Positions 46,263 through 56,900 of a DNA stretch of 64,000 nt are shown here, in pieces. Made by a program: the position numbers and the translations under genes. The stretch is from IMG/VR virus record IMGVR_UViG_3300033182_000489, positions 3,945-67,944 of that record; one strand, written 5' to 3'. The DNA comes from a virus. The notes under the pieces are model-generated. The model worked only from the letters and a program-made list of their open reading frames with translations, had not been told where the DNA came from and ran no database searches. Every line of letters begins with the position of its first letter. Within the stretch, counting starts at the first letter, position 1.

Positions 46263-46953
46263 CGGTCTCGCCTCCCACCTGCTTGTAGAAGCGGGAGGCT
46301 CCCCCGGTGTCGGCATAGCAGGTGGCTTCAGTGTCTCCAGAAGCACCATAGATGCCGTGTTTCCCCCAGCCACGCTGTATCCCCTTCATCACACCAGAAG
46401 TGAGGACGCCGCTCTGTTCGTCCAGTCGTGCCACGGGACAGTCGGGTTCGCAGATCCAGTTGGCTACGGTTTCCTTGCCGTCGTTGTCTATCTGTCGGGT
46501 GATGTTCGTGGGTCGATTCTGGTGTGCGTTCCACCCCGAATCCTGACCGAAGGCGTTGTCCCCAGACGAGGCACCGCCACCGATGCCCTTCACCCTCTTG
46601 ACCCCATCACATCGACACCCATCGAGGTGTTGAAGGATGACGTTGGCAGGCCAGCGACCCGAAGGCTGAACATAGCCCGTGGAGGCCGTGCTTCCCGGCT
46701 GGAACATCCCCGCAGAAGCCCCTGTCCGACTGTCGCCCGGAAGGGACGAACGCCCCCCACCTCGCTTGTACCTCCAGTTCTCGGCACCATCCCAACGCTC
46801 CGTGGGATTCTCCGCGTAGGCACCCCCGTTGAGGTTGTCGTCGGTCGAGATCCGAGAGGCGTCGATGTTCAACCCGCCTGTGCCGTGCTTGAGGGTGTTC
46901 GCAGCCACGGTGCCCTCGGACAGGGGCTTTCGGAGGACGTGGATCACGCGCAT
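46255..46953 (-). CDS. DNA methyltransferase internal fragment (no catalytic motifs seen)
   Basis: RKPLSEGTVAAN..GTGGLNIDASRI, GRWPANVI, CPVARLDEQSG, GGASRFY; no DPPY or FxGxG. Confidence 0.65.
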   Translation of the reverse strand: MRVIHVLRKPLSEGTVAANTLKHGTGGLNIDASRISTDDNLNGGAYAENPTERWDGAENWRYKRGGGRSSLPGDSRTGASAGMFQPGSTASTGYVQPSGRWPANVILQHLDGCRCDGVKRVKGIGGGASSGDNAFGQDSGWNAHQNRPTNITRQIDNDGKETVANWICEPDCPVARLDEQSGVLTSGVMKGIQRGWGKHGIYGASGDTEATCYADTGGASRFYKQVGGETDG

Positions 46954-48434
46954 CACAGGTCTCCCAGGTCGATCTCTTGCCCGACCTTCTGCGCGGTCTG
47001 TGGGCTCACGTCGTTGGACGTGACCATCCGACGGCACGGCCACAGCACACCAGCGTAGAAGTCGTCAAACGGTGCGTTGTCACGGGACTTCAAGCACTGG
47101 ATCTTGACGAGGTTCCCCTCCCTCAACTCGGTGTCCACCCAGCCAGCCGTCACGATGTCAGACGACCGCTCGGCCTCGTTGGCGTAGGAGAGGTGAGTCA
47201 GGTTGTACCTACCCCCGTTCTTCTCGGCGCTCTTGTAGCCCTCACGGCTGATCTGGAACAACGCCACCACCGCGATACCCATGCCCCGGTTGAAGTTCAT
47301 CGAGAGCCGCTTGAGGTCACGCAGCACCTCGTTCAACCGCTCCGTGGTGCTGCGGTACTTGCCACGGGACTGCATCAGCCCGGCGTGGTCCACCGTGATC
47401 ATCTGGATCGCGGGGTCTTTGGAGTAGAGCAGTTCGCACCGGGACCGGAGGTCGTTCACGTTGAAGTCGCTCTTGTCGGGATCAGCCACCTCGATGTGGA
47501 TGTGCCCGTACCTGTTCGCCGGGTCGTTGAAGTCCGGCACGACGTGGTCGAACATGAACTTGCGCTCGTTGTCGCTGAGTTCTCCGTCCCGCATCCGGCT
47601 GTAGTCAAGGCTCTTGCCGATGCCGAGGTCTTGCCTGATCTGGGCGAACTTCTCGTGCTGGGAGTGGATGGCGTAGATGATGCGCCGCACCTGCTGGTAG
47701 GGCATCTCCAGGGACACGAGCACGCTGCTGTGCTGGTAGTAGACCGCCTGGTTGTAGTGCCAGTTCATCGCCAGCGTGGACTTGAGGCCCCCTGTGAACG
47801 CCGCGTGGGTCCAGAGTTCTCCGCGCTTCGCGCCCTTCAAGGCCACGTCCATCTGCCGCAGACCGCTAAACTGACCGATGCCCGCGAGAGGGTCGTTCTC
47901 CACCCGCTCGTACTCCTTGAGGAAGGCATCGCCGTCGGAGGTCACGTCACCGGAGAGCCGGACGCCGTTGACTGGCGTGATGACCCGGTGGCTGTTGTCG
48001 AGGACGTAGCGGACAGCGTGGGCAGGACCACGGAGGATGCGCTCCTCGTGCCCTTCCTTGATGGTGACCCCAGTGTCCACGATGCGAGCAGCCTCACGGA
48101 GCACTTCTGTGACCACACGGATGCGGCGGTCCTGGACGCGGGACTCCAGCAGTTGCAGGAAGTCGCCCTGGGTCCGAGGCTTCTCGACGCAGAGCATGTC
48201 CAGTCGGTCCACCACAGGAACCTGACTGACCCGCTCAAAGTGACCCCGGATGGTCGAGGCGTCGGGGACGTGGTGGTGCTGGTCGATGAAGTCCGTGACG
48301 TAGGCCCAGATGGCCCCGTCTTCGGGGAGGTCGAAGCCCAGCCCGGAGTCTCGGAGCGACTGCGCGTTCCGTAGGAACAGGGTGGGGTTGTCCTTCGGGC
48401 CGTCGCGGAACGAGGAGCGCAGGAGCACCTTCAT
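46953..48434 (-). CDS. dnaB: DnaB-like replicative helicase
   Basis: AFTGGLKST, SLEM, VDHAGLM, QISREG, ERSSD, KSR. Confidence 0.88.
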   Translation of the reverse strand: MKVLLRSSFRDGPKDNPTLFLRNAQSLRDSGLGFDLPEDGAIWAYVTDFIDQHHHVPDASTIRGHFERVSQVPVVDRLDMLCVEKPRTQGDFLQLLESRVQDRRIRVVTEVLREAARIVDTGVTIKEGHEERILRGPAHAVRYVLDNSHRVITPVNGVRLSGDVTSDGDAFLKEYERVENDPLAGIGQFSGLRQMDVALKGAKRGELWTHAAFTGGLKSTLAMNWHYNQAVYYQHSSVLVSLEMPYQQVRRIIYAIHSQHEKFAQIRQDLGIGKSLDYSRMRDGELSDNERKFMFDHVVPDFNDPANRYGHIHIEVADPDKSDFNVNDLRSRCELLYSKDPAIQMITVDHAGLMQSRGKYRSTTERLNEVLRDLKRLSMNFNRGMGIAVVALFQISREGYKSAEKNGGRYNLTHLSYANEAERSSDIVTAGWVDTELREGNLVKIQCLKSRDNAPFDDFYAGVLWPCRRMVTSNDVSPQTAQKVGQEIDLGDL

Positions 48435-49156
48435 TCACCACCTCCCCGGAGGGTCTTCTTGCCCTTCATGCCGCTGGTCTGTCGGCGAGGCTTCTTCGCC
48501 GTCGGGTTCGTGGGGCCAGGGCCCACGTTGCTGTTCCCGATGTGCTCCCACTCTCTCAGGATGCGGGCCACGTCGTCGGACCAAAACAGGTGACCGGAGT
48601 CGAGCGGGTGCGCGGGTTCGTCCCACACCCACGTCGGCTTCCCTGCATGGAAGCGTGTGTTGATGGCCTCAGCCAACACCTCCGGGGCTGCGACGTTGCG
48701 GGCCACCTTGACCCCCATGCGGATCACCACGAGGTCCGGTGGGGTCACGAGGTCCGGGATGGTCATGTACTTCGTGCTGACCTTGTGCGCGTCCGGGTCG
48801 ATGATCTCACCACCCCCCAGCCCGGCGGTCGCGAGCCATGCGGTGACCAACTCGGCGTCGGAGACCACCTTGAACGCCCACGTTGCAGGCTGGCGCACAG
48901 CGACGTGGCGCAGGTGCGAGAAGAATGTCTGCCCCGTGGTCACCCACAGGTTCTTGTTGTGCCTCCCCAGCAGGGGCGATTTCTTGATGACGGGAGCCTT
49001 CGACAGGCCCCCATAGCCGCGCTCCACGTTGGTGAGGATGTCGCCTCGGAGGGCGCACTCACAACGGTCGTAGGCGGGAGGATGGGGTGGATCAGGCGGG
49101 GTCTCGACCATGCCCGTACCACCGCAGATCTTGCAGTCGGGGTTGGGAGCAGACAT
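48431..49156 (-). CDS. DnaC/DnaI-like helicase loader (degenerate AAA+)
   Basis: CKICGGTG..RCEC; DLVVIRMG..AINTR..KPTWV; no canonical Walker A. Confidence 0.55.
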   Translation of the reverse strand: MSAPNPDCKICGGTGMVETPPDPPHPPAYDRCECALRGDILTNVERGYGGLSKAPVIKKSPLLGRHNKNLWVTTGQTFFSHLRHVAVRQPATWAFKVVSDAELVTAWLATAGLGGGEIIDPDAHKVSTKYMTIPDLVTPPDLVVIRMGVKVARNVAAPEVLAEAINTRFHAGKPTWVWDEPAHPLDSGHLFWSDDVARILREWEHIGNSNVGPGPTNPTAKKPRRQTSGMKGKKTLRGGGE

Positions 49157-49238
49157 CAGAGCCCCTCCTGGTTGGTTTCAAGGCTCATGTCGCCCTCCGA
49201 ATAGTGTCCACCTGTAGTACCGGACCGGATGCACCGAT

Positions 49239-51848
49239 CTACCCCCTGGCGTCCTCGACCATGGCGTCGAAGATGTCCCGGACCTCGGACCCGGCGTTGA
49301 ACACCACGTCCTCGCCCTTGTTGCCCTTGACCCGTTCGCCGAGCACCTGTTCGATCAGGCCCATCTTCTTGCGGACCACCTGCATGACCCGCTCGTCGAT
49401 GGTGTCCCGGCACACGAGATGGATGGCGTAGCAGGTGTCGTGGTCTGACCCGATGCGGATCATGCGTCCGATGCAGTTGCCGACGATGGCTACTTTCCCA
49501 TTCCGTCTGGTGATGATGGTTCCGAGGTCTGTTTCCACACACCAAACTGGCTCACCCGGTTTGGTGTGTGCCTTCTGCATCCGAGGTCGGTTCAACTTCT
49601 CGTTGCCGTTGAGCGACCAGAAGGGGGTAGGCTTGATGTGCAGGGTCCAGAAGGCGGCCCGAGTCTGAGCGAGATTGCACCGAAACCCCCGACGAACACA
49701 AAGGCTCTGAAGCCTCTCAGCGAAGGTCAGATTCGCTGTGCCAATGTGATAGGAGCGCCGGGTCCACGACTGCCCTCTTTGCTTTGCCCCGTCCCCCAAA
49801 TGAAGGGCCTCCAGCAAAACAGCCAGTTGGGCTGAGGACACCGCTTCCAGACGGGGGGACAGGTCTTTATCCAGAAAGGGTTGAAGCGGTCCCCAGCCGT
49901 TTCTGGCCCGCGTCCCACCCTCACCACCCTTGGGCACCGAAAACACGGTCTGAGGCTTCCCGTTAGGGAAGCCCTTGGGGATTCGGGGGTACTCCGACCA
50001 GTCGAAACCGCAATCGGACAAGCACCGCCTCAGATCCACGATCTGAGGCTGGTGATTCGCCTGCGAGATCACGACCTGCTGATTGGCCTGATTCAAGTAC
50101 CCATCGCTGAGGAACCATCCGAGGAAACGAAGTTCCGGGTCGCTCAACTCGACTCCATTCGACTTCTGCACCCCAGCGGCGGGCACCCGATACTCTGATG
50201 CTTCCTCGCTCATTTCCTCTGCTGTTTCGACACGCCACGGTACGGGCCACCCCTTGCGGCCTCCCTTTCTCGTAGGGCGTTTGAACAACATCCGGTGCCC
50301 ACCTGTCACTCGCACGTCCATGTGCGGAGACGACACAGCAAACATCTCCTCGTCCGAGGCAAGGGGGCGGTCCACCACCGAACGTGCCGGGGTCCAGATG
50401 ATTTCCTCGGTGTTGGGGTCAAAGGCACCAACGAGGTCGTCCTGCGCGATAGCCCCCCGACCACGGAAGCCGTCTGGCGTCAAAATCTCAGTGTGCTGGT
50501 CAAGACACTGGAGGTAGTCCCCCGCCGACCACGGGCTGTCGTAGAAGACCATCGCCTTCGCAGCCTGGAGGTTGATGGCATCGCCACCAGCCATGGTGAT
50601 GAAGATCACCCGCGTGTCGTCGTTGGGGTCTTGGAAGGCGTTCATGGCCTCCTTGCGCTGGGCCTCGTTCTCGTCTCCCGTGACCCGGACGCACTTGATC
50701 TTCGCCTTCTCCAGCACGGGCATGGCCGTGTTGACCATCTCCTTGAACCGGGTGAACACGATGACCTTCTCGTCGTGGAGATCACCGCCGTCGGTGACCA
50801 TATCCAGCAGGGCGTCGAGTTTCTCCGAGTTGTAGTCGGGGTACTCGATCAGGGCTGGGTGGTTCACGATCTCCTGGCAGTAGATCAGCGCGGTCAACTG
50901 GGTCGTCTCCCGCTCGTCGCCGTCGCCCAACTCCAGCAGCCCGGAGAGCGCCTCCTGGTACTTCTCGTGCTGGAACTTCGTGAGGCCAACCCGGACCGTC
51001 TTCGTGGTCAGCACAGGCAAGTCCTTCGCGACCATGTGCTTCGGGCGACCCAGGTAGTAGAGGTCGATCTCGTCCCGGAACTTCGCGATGTCCGATTGCC
51101 GGTAGCCGACGATCATGGGCACCTGGCGTCCGTTCGCGACCCGCTGCATCCGGGTGATGCAGTAGTTGTTCATAAAGCCGTTCTTCGACATGGGGAACAG
51201 CGTCGGGACCACGACCTTGTAGATGCCGTAGCCCTCCATGAGGTTGTTCTTGATCAACGTCGCCGTGAGACCCCACACCCTCGCCGCCTGACTCCCGTAG
51301 TGGCGGCAGATCTTGTGGACCCGCGTGGTCGGGGTCTTCACCACCGTCACCTCGTCCATGATCAACGTGTAGCCCTCCCAGTGCTGGAGGGTGCCGAAGT
51401 CGTTGCAGGCCGACGAGTAGCCCTGGATCAGGACCGTCGGACCCGTGGACTGCTCCCAGGCGTCGTGTGCCTTCGCCCGCTTCTTCGGGGTGCCCACCGC
51501 CATCAGGACGTTAACCCCGGTGGTGAACCTGTCGAACTCGGCCTCCCACTGAGGGACGCTGGACTTCTTCGTGAGCACGATCACCTTCATGTCGGGATCA
51601 CGCTTCCACAACTGGCACAGCGCAGCGATGCTCTCGATGGTCTTGCCCAGCCCGCAGTCGTCGCCGACCACGAACCGCTTCATGGCCATCAGGTGGACGA
51701 CCATCTGCTGCTGGTAGGGGCGCAGGATCAGCGGGGCTTCCGTGCCGTCCCGCTTCGTGAAGGTCTCTCGGAAGTTGGGCGGACACGGCAGGGCGAGGTC
51801 TTGCCGTGTCCGCACCTGCTTCAACCGTTCATGGACACTGGGCTTCAT
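49239..51848 (-). CDS. SNF2-family helicase containing an intein
   Basis: LRPYQ, DDCGLGKT, DEVT, LTAT, KVIVFTRF, AGGDAINLQ, Q|CIGRMIRIG. Confidence 0.93.
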   Translation of the reverse strand: MKPSVHERLKQVRTRQDLALPCPPNFRETFTKRDGTEAPLILRPYQQQMVVHLMAMKRFVVGDDCGLGKTIESIAALCQLWKRDPDMKVIVLTKKSSVPQWEAEFDRFTTGVNVLMAVGTPKKRAKAHDAWEQSTGPTVLIQGYSSACNDFGTLQHWEGYTLIMDEVTVVKTPTTRVHKICRHYGSQAARVWGLTATLIKNNLMEGYGIYKVVVPTLFPMSKNGFMNNYCITRMQRVANGRQVPMIVGYRQSDIAKFRDEIDLYYLGRPKHMVAKDLPVLTTKTVRVGLTKFQHEKYQEALSGLLELGDGDERETTQLTALIYCQEIVNHPALIEYPDYNSEKLDALLDMVTDGGDLHDEKVIVFTRFKEMVNTAMPVLEKAKIKCVRVTGDENEAQRKEAMNAFQDPNDDTRVIFITMAGGDAINLQAAKAMVFYDSPWSAGDYLQCLDQHTEILTPDGFRGRGAIAQDDLVGAFDPNTEEIIWTPARSVVDRPLASDEEMFAVSSPHMDVRVTGGHRMLFKRPTRKGGRKGWPVPWRVETAEEMSEEASEYRVPAAGVQKSNGVELSDPELRFLGWFLSDGYLNQANQQVVISQANHQPQIVDLRRCLSDCGFDWSEYPRIPKGFPNGKPQTVFSVPKGGEGGTRARNGWGPLQPFLDKDLSPRLEAVSSAQLAVLLEALHLGDGAKQRGQSWTRRSYHIGTANLTFAERLQSLCVRRGFRCNLAQTRAAFWTLHIKPTPFWSLNGNEKLNRPRMQKAHTKPGEPVWCVETDLGTIITRRNGKVAIVGNCIGRMIRIGSDHDTCYAIHLVCRDTIDERVMQVVRKKMGLIEQVLGERVKGNKGEDVVFNAGSEVRDIFDAMVEDARG
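49476..50507 (-). mobile_element. Intein with LAGLIDADG homing endonuclease (344 aa)
   Basis: CLDQHTEILT, VTGGHRM, FLGWFLSDG, LHLGDG, VWCVET..IVGN then +1 Cys, within helicase motif VI; codon usage shifts. Confidence 0.93.
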
Positions 51849-51902
51849 CGGGTTCTCCTATGTCGTAGGGATACCCGTTGAGCCGCTGGCCTCACCCCCC
51901 AC

Positions 51903-52547
51903 TCAGGAGCCGTAGACCGCCGCCCAGTACTCCTGGAGGACTCTGACCCCCGTGGGGGACAGGGTGGTGAAGCGGCCAATCCTCAGCAGATCCCCGATGT
52001 CGGCCAGGGCGATCTCGGCACCTTCACCACGCTCGCACTTCTCGCCGTAGACGGCTTCGCACAAGGGCTCGATCTCTGCCCCCACCTTGTCCAGCATCTT
52101 GTTGAACGCCTTCTCGGCGTCCTTGGCCACGGGCAGCGCGTCCTTGGCGAGGAACTTGAACGCCTTGGTCATCTCCTCCTCGGTCGGGGCGTGATCCCGA
52201 TGCCAGTCGGTCATGGAGATCAAGGGGCTGGGCCCGTACTGCCGCAGGCGGCGGACGATGCGGAGGGAGTCGAGATCCTTCTCGGACAGACCCTTCGGCC
52301 ACGTCTTCACGGGCTTGTAGAGGCGGTCCATGACGTACATGCGGTCCACCTTCAACGAAGGACCGAACAGATGCTTCCACCAGGGACGCTTGCCCTGGGT
52401 CACCGCGTCGGCCTTCCCGGCCAACTTCTTCCACTCCCCCTCTACGTCCGCAAGGCCCTGTCGGACCAGTTGGTGGATGGCATCGGGGTCCAGGATGCGG
52501 CGGACCGACTCGGGGATGCCATCGGGGAAGTAAAGGGGGACACTCAT
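51903..52547 (-). CDS. Hypothetical protein
   Basis: 214 aa, ATGA-coupled. Confidence 0.7.
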   Translation of the reverse strand: MSVPLYFPDGIPESVRRILDPDAIHQLVRQGLADVEGEWKKLAGKADAVTQGKRPWWKHLFGPSLKVDRMYVMDRLYKPVKTWPKGLSEKDLDSLRIVRRLRQYGPSPLISMTDWHRDHAPTEEEMTKAFKFLAKDALPVAKDAEKAFNKMLDKVGAEIEPLCEAVYGEKCERGEGAEIALADIGDLLRIGRFTTLSPTGVRVLQEYWAAVYGS

Positions 52548-53335
52548 TTCTCACCTACCATCACGATCAGGCGTCCCGGACCATCCACCGACAGTGCATA
52601 CCCGTTCCGTGTCTCCACGGTATGGACGCCTCCTGATGTGAAGGCTCGCATAGGCACACCACCGAGGACCAGGTGCCCCTGTCGGCGCTCCTGCTCCGGC
52701 ACAGGGGGTGCGCTCATGTTCACCAGGGCCTCGGCAGCCTTCACGCTCTCCACGCCGTTGAGGCCCAGCGCCTTCATCGCTGCGAGGGTCACAGGCCCCA
52801 TGTTCCCATCGACGGGCCCACAGTGGATGCCCAGGCGGTGCAGGTGCGTCTGGATGGTGCGCTCCGTGGTGTGGTTGCCTCCCCATCTGCCGACGTCGAT
52901 CTGAGCCGCGCAGCACATGGATGGCCACGCGAGATCACCGCGCCCCTCCCCATGTAAGAAATCCGCGACCGTGGACCATGGCCCGACGTAGTGGAACACA
53001 TGGCTGGTGTCCGACGGCACCGGGTAGCGGTCCCAGGGCATGAACCCCAGAGGCACCACGATGCTCCAGAGCACAGCCAGTCGCTGCATGGGGTCATCCA
53101 GGCCAGCCAGGCTCAGGTAGACCTCACGCCCCGTGGGGCGCATGGACAGGTGCGGGGGCAGGTCCAGAGGGCCAGCATCCTGCTTGACCCCATCCCACGA
53201 AGCGAGGTCGGCAGGCACCCCGTCGTACTCGACCTGGATGTCACCGTACTCCTTCGCCGCCATCTCCACCCGACGCATGGCGTCGTAGGTGTCTTTGGTG
53301 ACGAGGGTTTTGCGGTAGGGCTGGAGTGTAGTCAT
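52544..53335 (-). CDS. Peptidoglycan-binding-domain protein (possible murein hydrolase)
   Basis: IQTHLHRLG..GPVDGNMGPVTLAAM. Confidence 0.6.
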   Translation of the reverse strand: MTTLQPYRKTLVTKDTYDAMRRVEMAAKEYGDIQVEYDGVPADLASWDGVKQDAGPLDLPPHLSMRPTGREVYLSLAGLDDPMQRLAVLWSIVVPLGFMPWDRYPVPSDTSHVFHYVGPWSTVADFLHGEGRGDLAWPSMCCAAQIDVGRWGGNHTTERTIQTHLHRLGIHCGPVDGNMGPVTLAAMKALGLNGVESVKAAEALVNMSAPPVPEQERRQGHLVLGGVPMRAFTSGGVHTVETRNGYALSVDGPGRLIVMVGEK

Positions 53336-53362
53336 GCCCTACCTGTACCCGTCTGGGGTCAC

Positions 53363-53896
53363 TCACATGCTCTTGGAGGCGTAGCGGAGGGCAACACGGC
53401 TCACGGAGGCGGTACGCGGCACCTTCTGGGCCGCCTTGACGGCCTCGTCGATCAAGTTCTTGGTGTGTTCTCCTGCCAGGTACGCCTTCTCAAACTCGTC
53501 GGCATCCAGACCCTCGCTGATGTACTCACCGGATGCACGGGCAGCGGGCATCTTCCGCTCCGCTCTCCCCAGAGCGGTCTGAATGGCGGTGATCTTGCCC
53601 TTCGTCTTCTCCAGGTCGTCAACCCACCTGCCGATGTCCATCTCGTGCCCCTCTTGAGAGAGGTTCACGGCGGTGCGCCACGAGCGGGTCTGCTTCTCCA
53701 ACGACCGGAGGGAACGCTCGATCTTCTCGCCAGCGTTGCTCAGTGAGCGGTCGTCGGAGAGGTTCATCGCCGAACCGAGGTCATACGCGAGGCTGTGGAA
53801 GGACTCTGACTCGCGCACACCACCGGAGAGGCGTTCACCAGACCACGAGTCCCAGACCTTGTCAGTCAGATGCTCAAGCGATTGTAGGGGGGTCAT
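53363..53896 (-). CDS. Helical hypothetical protein (possible internal head protein)
   Basis: GAGGAG RBS; ends RTASVSRVALRYAS. Confidence 0.7.
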   Translation of the reverse strand: MTPLQSLEHLTDKVWDSWSGERLSGGVRESESFHSLAYDLGSAMNLSDDRSLSNAGEKIERSLRSLEKQTRSWRTAVNLSQEGHEMDIGRWVDDLEKTKGKITAIQTALGRAERKMPAARASGEYISEGLDADEFEKAYLAGEHTKNLIDEAVKAAQKVPRTASVSRVALRYASKSM

Positions 53897-53910
53897 GGTT
53901 CACTCCTCGA

Positions 53911-56900
53911 TCACGGGCACGGATCGTCGTCTGCGGGGTCTTCCGGCGGGTACGGAGCCAGCGGGATGTTAGCACTCGGCAGGGCAGCCCGGCTCTTGAT
54001 CATCGGCTTGCCTTCCAGACGGTAGCGGTCGGAGGCTGCGTAGCCCTTGCCGTAGTCGGTGGGGCTGATGATCCCGTCGAGAGCGTAGCCGTGGTCGCAG
54101 TCCAGAGACTCGCCGTACACAGCGTTGGTCACGATGACCATCTGCACCTCGTCGCCGTAGGAGCGGGTCACGTTGCCCGTGAACGCATCCTCGTAGCCGT
54201 TGCGGACCAGGTAGGCCCGACCGACCAGAGCGGCACCCTTCAACACGGGATCATCACCCTCGCTGAATCCGCCAGCGGTGAAGTCCACAGGGCCGCCAGC
54301 AGCCTCGGGAGACACGACGTAGGCCGAGCCACCGCCACGGTAGAGGCGGAACTTCTTGACCCCATCGGGAGCCGTCGTGGCGTTGTAGGCGGTGTACTGG
54401 AGGATGGCACCGTCGGCCATGCCCATGACCCCACCAGGACCACTGAGGCGCGTGTTCTCCTGCCCGTCTGCCGAGAAGGTCGTCACAGCCTGCGTGGCCT
54501 GATCCCCGCCGCCCGAGCGGACCTCGTAGGCCACACCCTTGCGGAGGGGGTCTTCACCGAGGAAGTCCGAGTCGTTGACGAGGATGCCGAGCGGCAGGCG
54601 GTCCGTCATGCCGGTGAGGCGCATCGGAGTCGGTGCGTTGTACACCTGCTTGCCGTTGGCGGGGACGTTCTCCGAGCCGGACAGTGCCGCCTGACTCACG
54701 ATGGAGAAGTTGGTGGCGTAGAGCGTGCCGTAGGGGGCGTTCTCCAGCAGCCTGACCCCAGTGAGGGTGTAGGGCGTAGCCGTCGCCGGGCTGAGGCGGA
54801 CGTCGGTGTTCGCACCCGTGTGTCCGGGCATCCGAGCGTGGATGTGGCACACAGGTCCAGCAGCCACGGCGTACACGCCGATGGCGTGCTTCGTGCCGTC
54901 GTCGGCGTTGATGGCCGTCGCAAGGTTCTGTGTAGCCTCCACAGCATCCGCGCCCACGGTCCAGTTGGCCCCGTACTCAAAGGTAGCCGTGTCGGTGCCG
55001 CGCGAGATCACGACCTTCTGGTCGGTCAGGGCTGCGAAGTCGGAAATCAGGACGCTGATGGAGGCGTACCCCGCCGAAGCAGGCTGCCCTTCCGTGAGAG
55101 CACGGGGGCGGGGCTGCCACGGGTTCTCCGTTCCAGACTCAGGGAGGCGAGTGCCGGGGGAGGTCAGGACGCCGGGATCAGTCGGGGTGCCAGCGTAGAC
55201 AGGGCCACCCATCTTGCCTGTGCCCATCGTGGTCCAGAAATCGACCGAGGCCAGCACCTCAAGGGAGCGGGCGTTGGGGATCTCGGGGATCTGGTCGTTG
55301 TCCGTGTCGTACTGCTGGAGCGGGGTGTTGACCATGTTCGCACTGGCCGTGGGAACCTGCCCGTACCTGTGCTGGTAGTCAGCCGTCTGGAGGGTCGCCC
55401 CGTCACGGGTCATGTAGGGGTCGCCCTGGTACACCGTCCGGGTGAAGGCCGAGTAGCCTTCAACGCCACCCATGGCAGCAGGGATGATCATCCGGCAGTC
55501 GCCGTAGAGCCCGTCGGCGGGGGCGTAGGCCAGGTTGGCGTCGGTGCGGAGCATGACGTAGTTGTTCTTGTTGATGAAGCCCTCGGCGAAGCCGAAGACC
55601 GCGACCTCGACGACGTACTCGTAGGCGGCGAAGGTCGAAGTGGCTGGATCCCAGCCGGGGATCATCTCCAGGTTGAGTGCTTCCTCGGGGACCACATAGG
55701 TGTGCGCGTCGTGCCCAGCGAGCACGTCCGCCGCCCCATCCTTGACGATGAACAGCGTCTGCTTGTCGGCGTCGGTGCGGAGCAGGTTCGTGGCGAAGGA
55801 GCCTGTGGTCTTCGGAGTGAAGCCCTCGTCGGTCCAGGCCGAGCCTCTGGCCGCGTAGTCGGCGGCCTCGTAGACGGCGTAGACCCGTGCCGCGCCGAGG
55901 TAGGGCGGGAACTGGATGCCACGCAGAGGCTTGTTGATGTCCGAGGACCGTGCGTTCACGTCGTCGTAGAGGCGTCCCTGGAAGCCGACGGCAGCGCCAC
56001 CGTATGCGCCGTAGTCCAGAGCCGTAGCGGCTGCCGTGGTGACCAACAGGGGCGCGTCCGTGACCACAGGTGCCGTGTTCGACGAGCCACCCACGACGTA
56101 CCGGACGAGGTCCGTCACCACGTCGGAGTCACCAAACAGGTGGTTGATGCCCCGGAAGGGTCCGGTGAGGCCCGCCGTGGCCCGGATGGGGATGTCCTGC
56201 CGTCCGAAGCGGGGCATGTACTCGGCAGGGAGGGCGAAGATCTTGTCCTGCTTGAACAGACCTGAGCCGCCCATGACTGCGCCTCCACCGTGGGAGGGGT
56301 CATAGAAGGCTGGAATCTGGTCTGCCGAAGCCGTGCGAAGGGGCCACGCCATGTCCATCTGCTGGAAGGGGCGGAAGACAACCGACTTCGACCCCTCGTC
56401 CACAAAGAGTTCTGCTTCGCGGAGGGTCTCAAAGTTGTAGCGACCCTCGCCGTAGGCCGGTGCGTTGGGGGCATGGCCGCCGAGGCTGGGAAGACGGTTC
56501 CACGTCGGCACCGCCTGGGCGGGGTAGTAGTACTCGTTCTCCGGGACACCTGTCCGAGCGCGGAACTCGGTGCTGTCGGGGTCGATGTTCTCAGGGGCCT
56601 CACGCAGCACCGTGAAGCCTGCCCCCGCAGGGTCGATGACCGTGAAGCGGGAGAGGGCATCAGCCACTCGCGCCATCGCTCCACGGGAGGGTCCGTAGAG
56701 GAGGCTGGTGTCCAGCACCATCTGCCCGAGGAAGGAGGTGCCGAAGCCGTTCCATGGGTTCTCCGTCCCGCCGGTCAGCCCTTCCAGGTCGGTGAGACAG
56801 ATCGCGATGGCCGGGTAGGCGTTGCCGGGGTTGTCCTCGGTGTTCATGTACCGGGTGCGGAACTCCACCTCCACGGTGGCCCCTACGGTCAACGCACCGC

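Noticed and set aside
53743-56265. Long plus-strand ORFs (also 6176-7360, 11483-13480, 24252-26147, 42843-44636, 46977-48374, 50295-51881)
   Set aside because: Antisense shadows of GC3-biased minus-strand genes; no motifs or RBS
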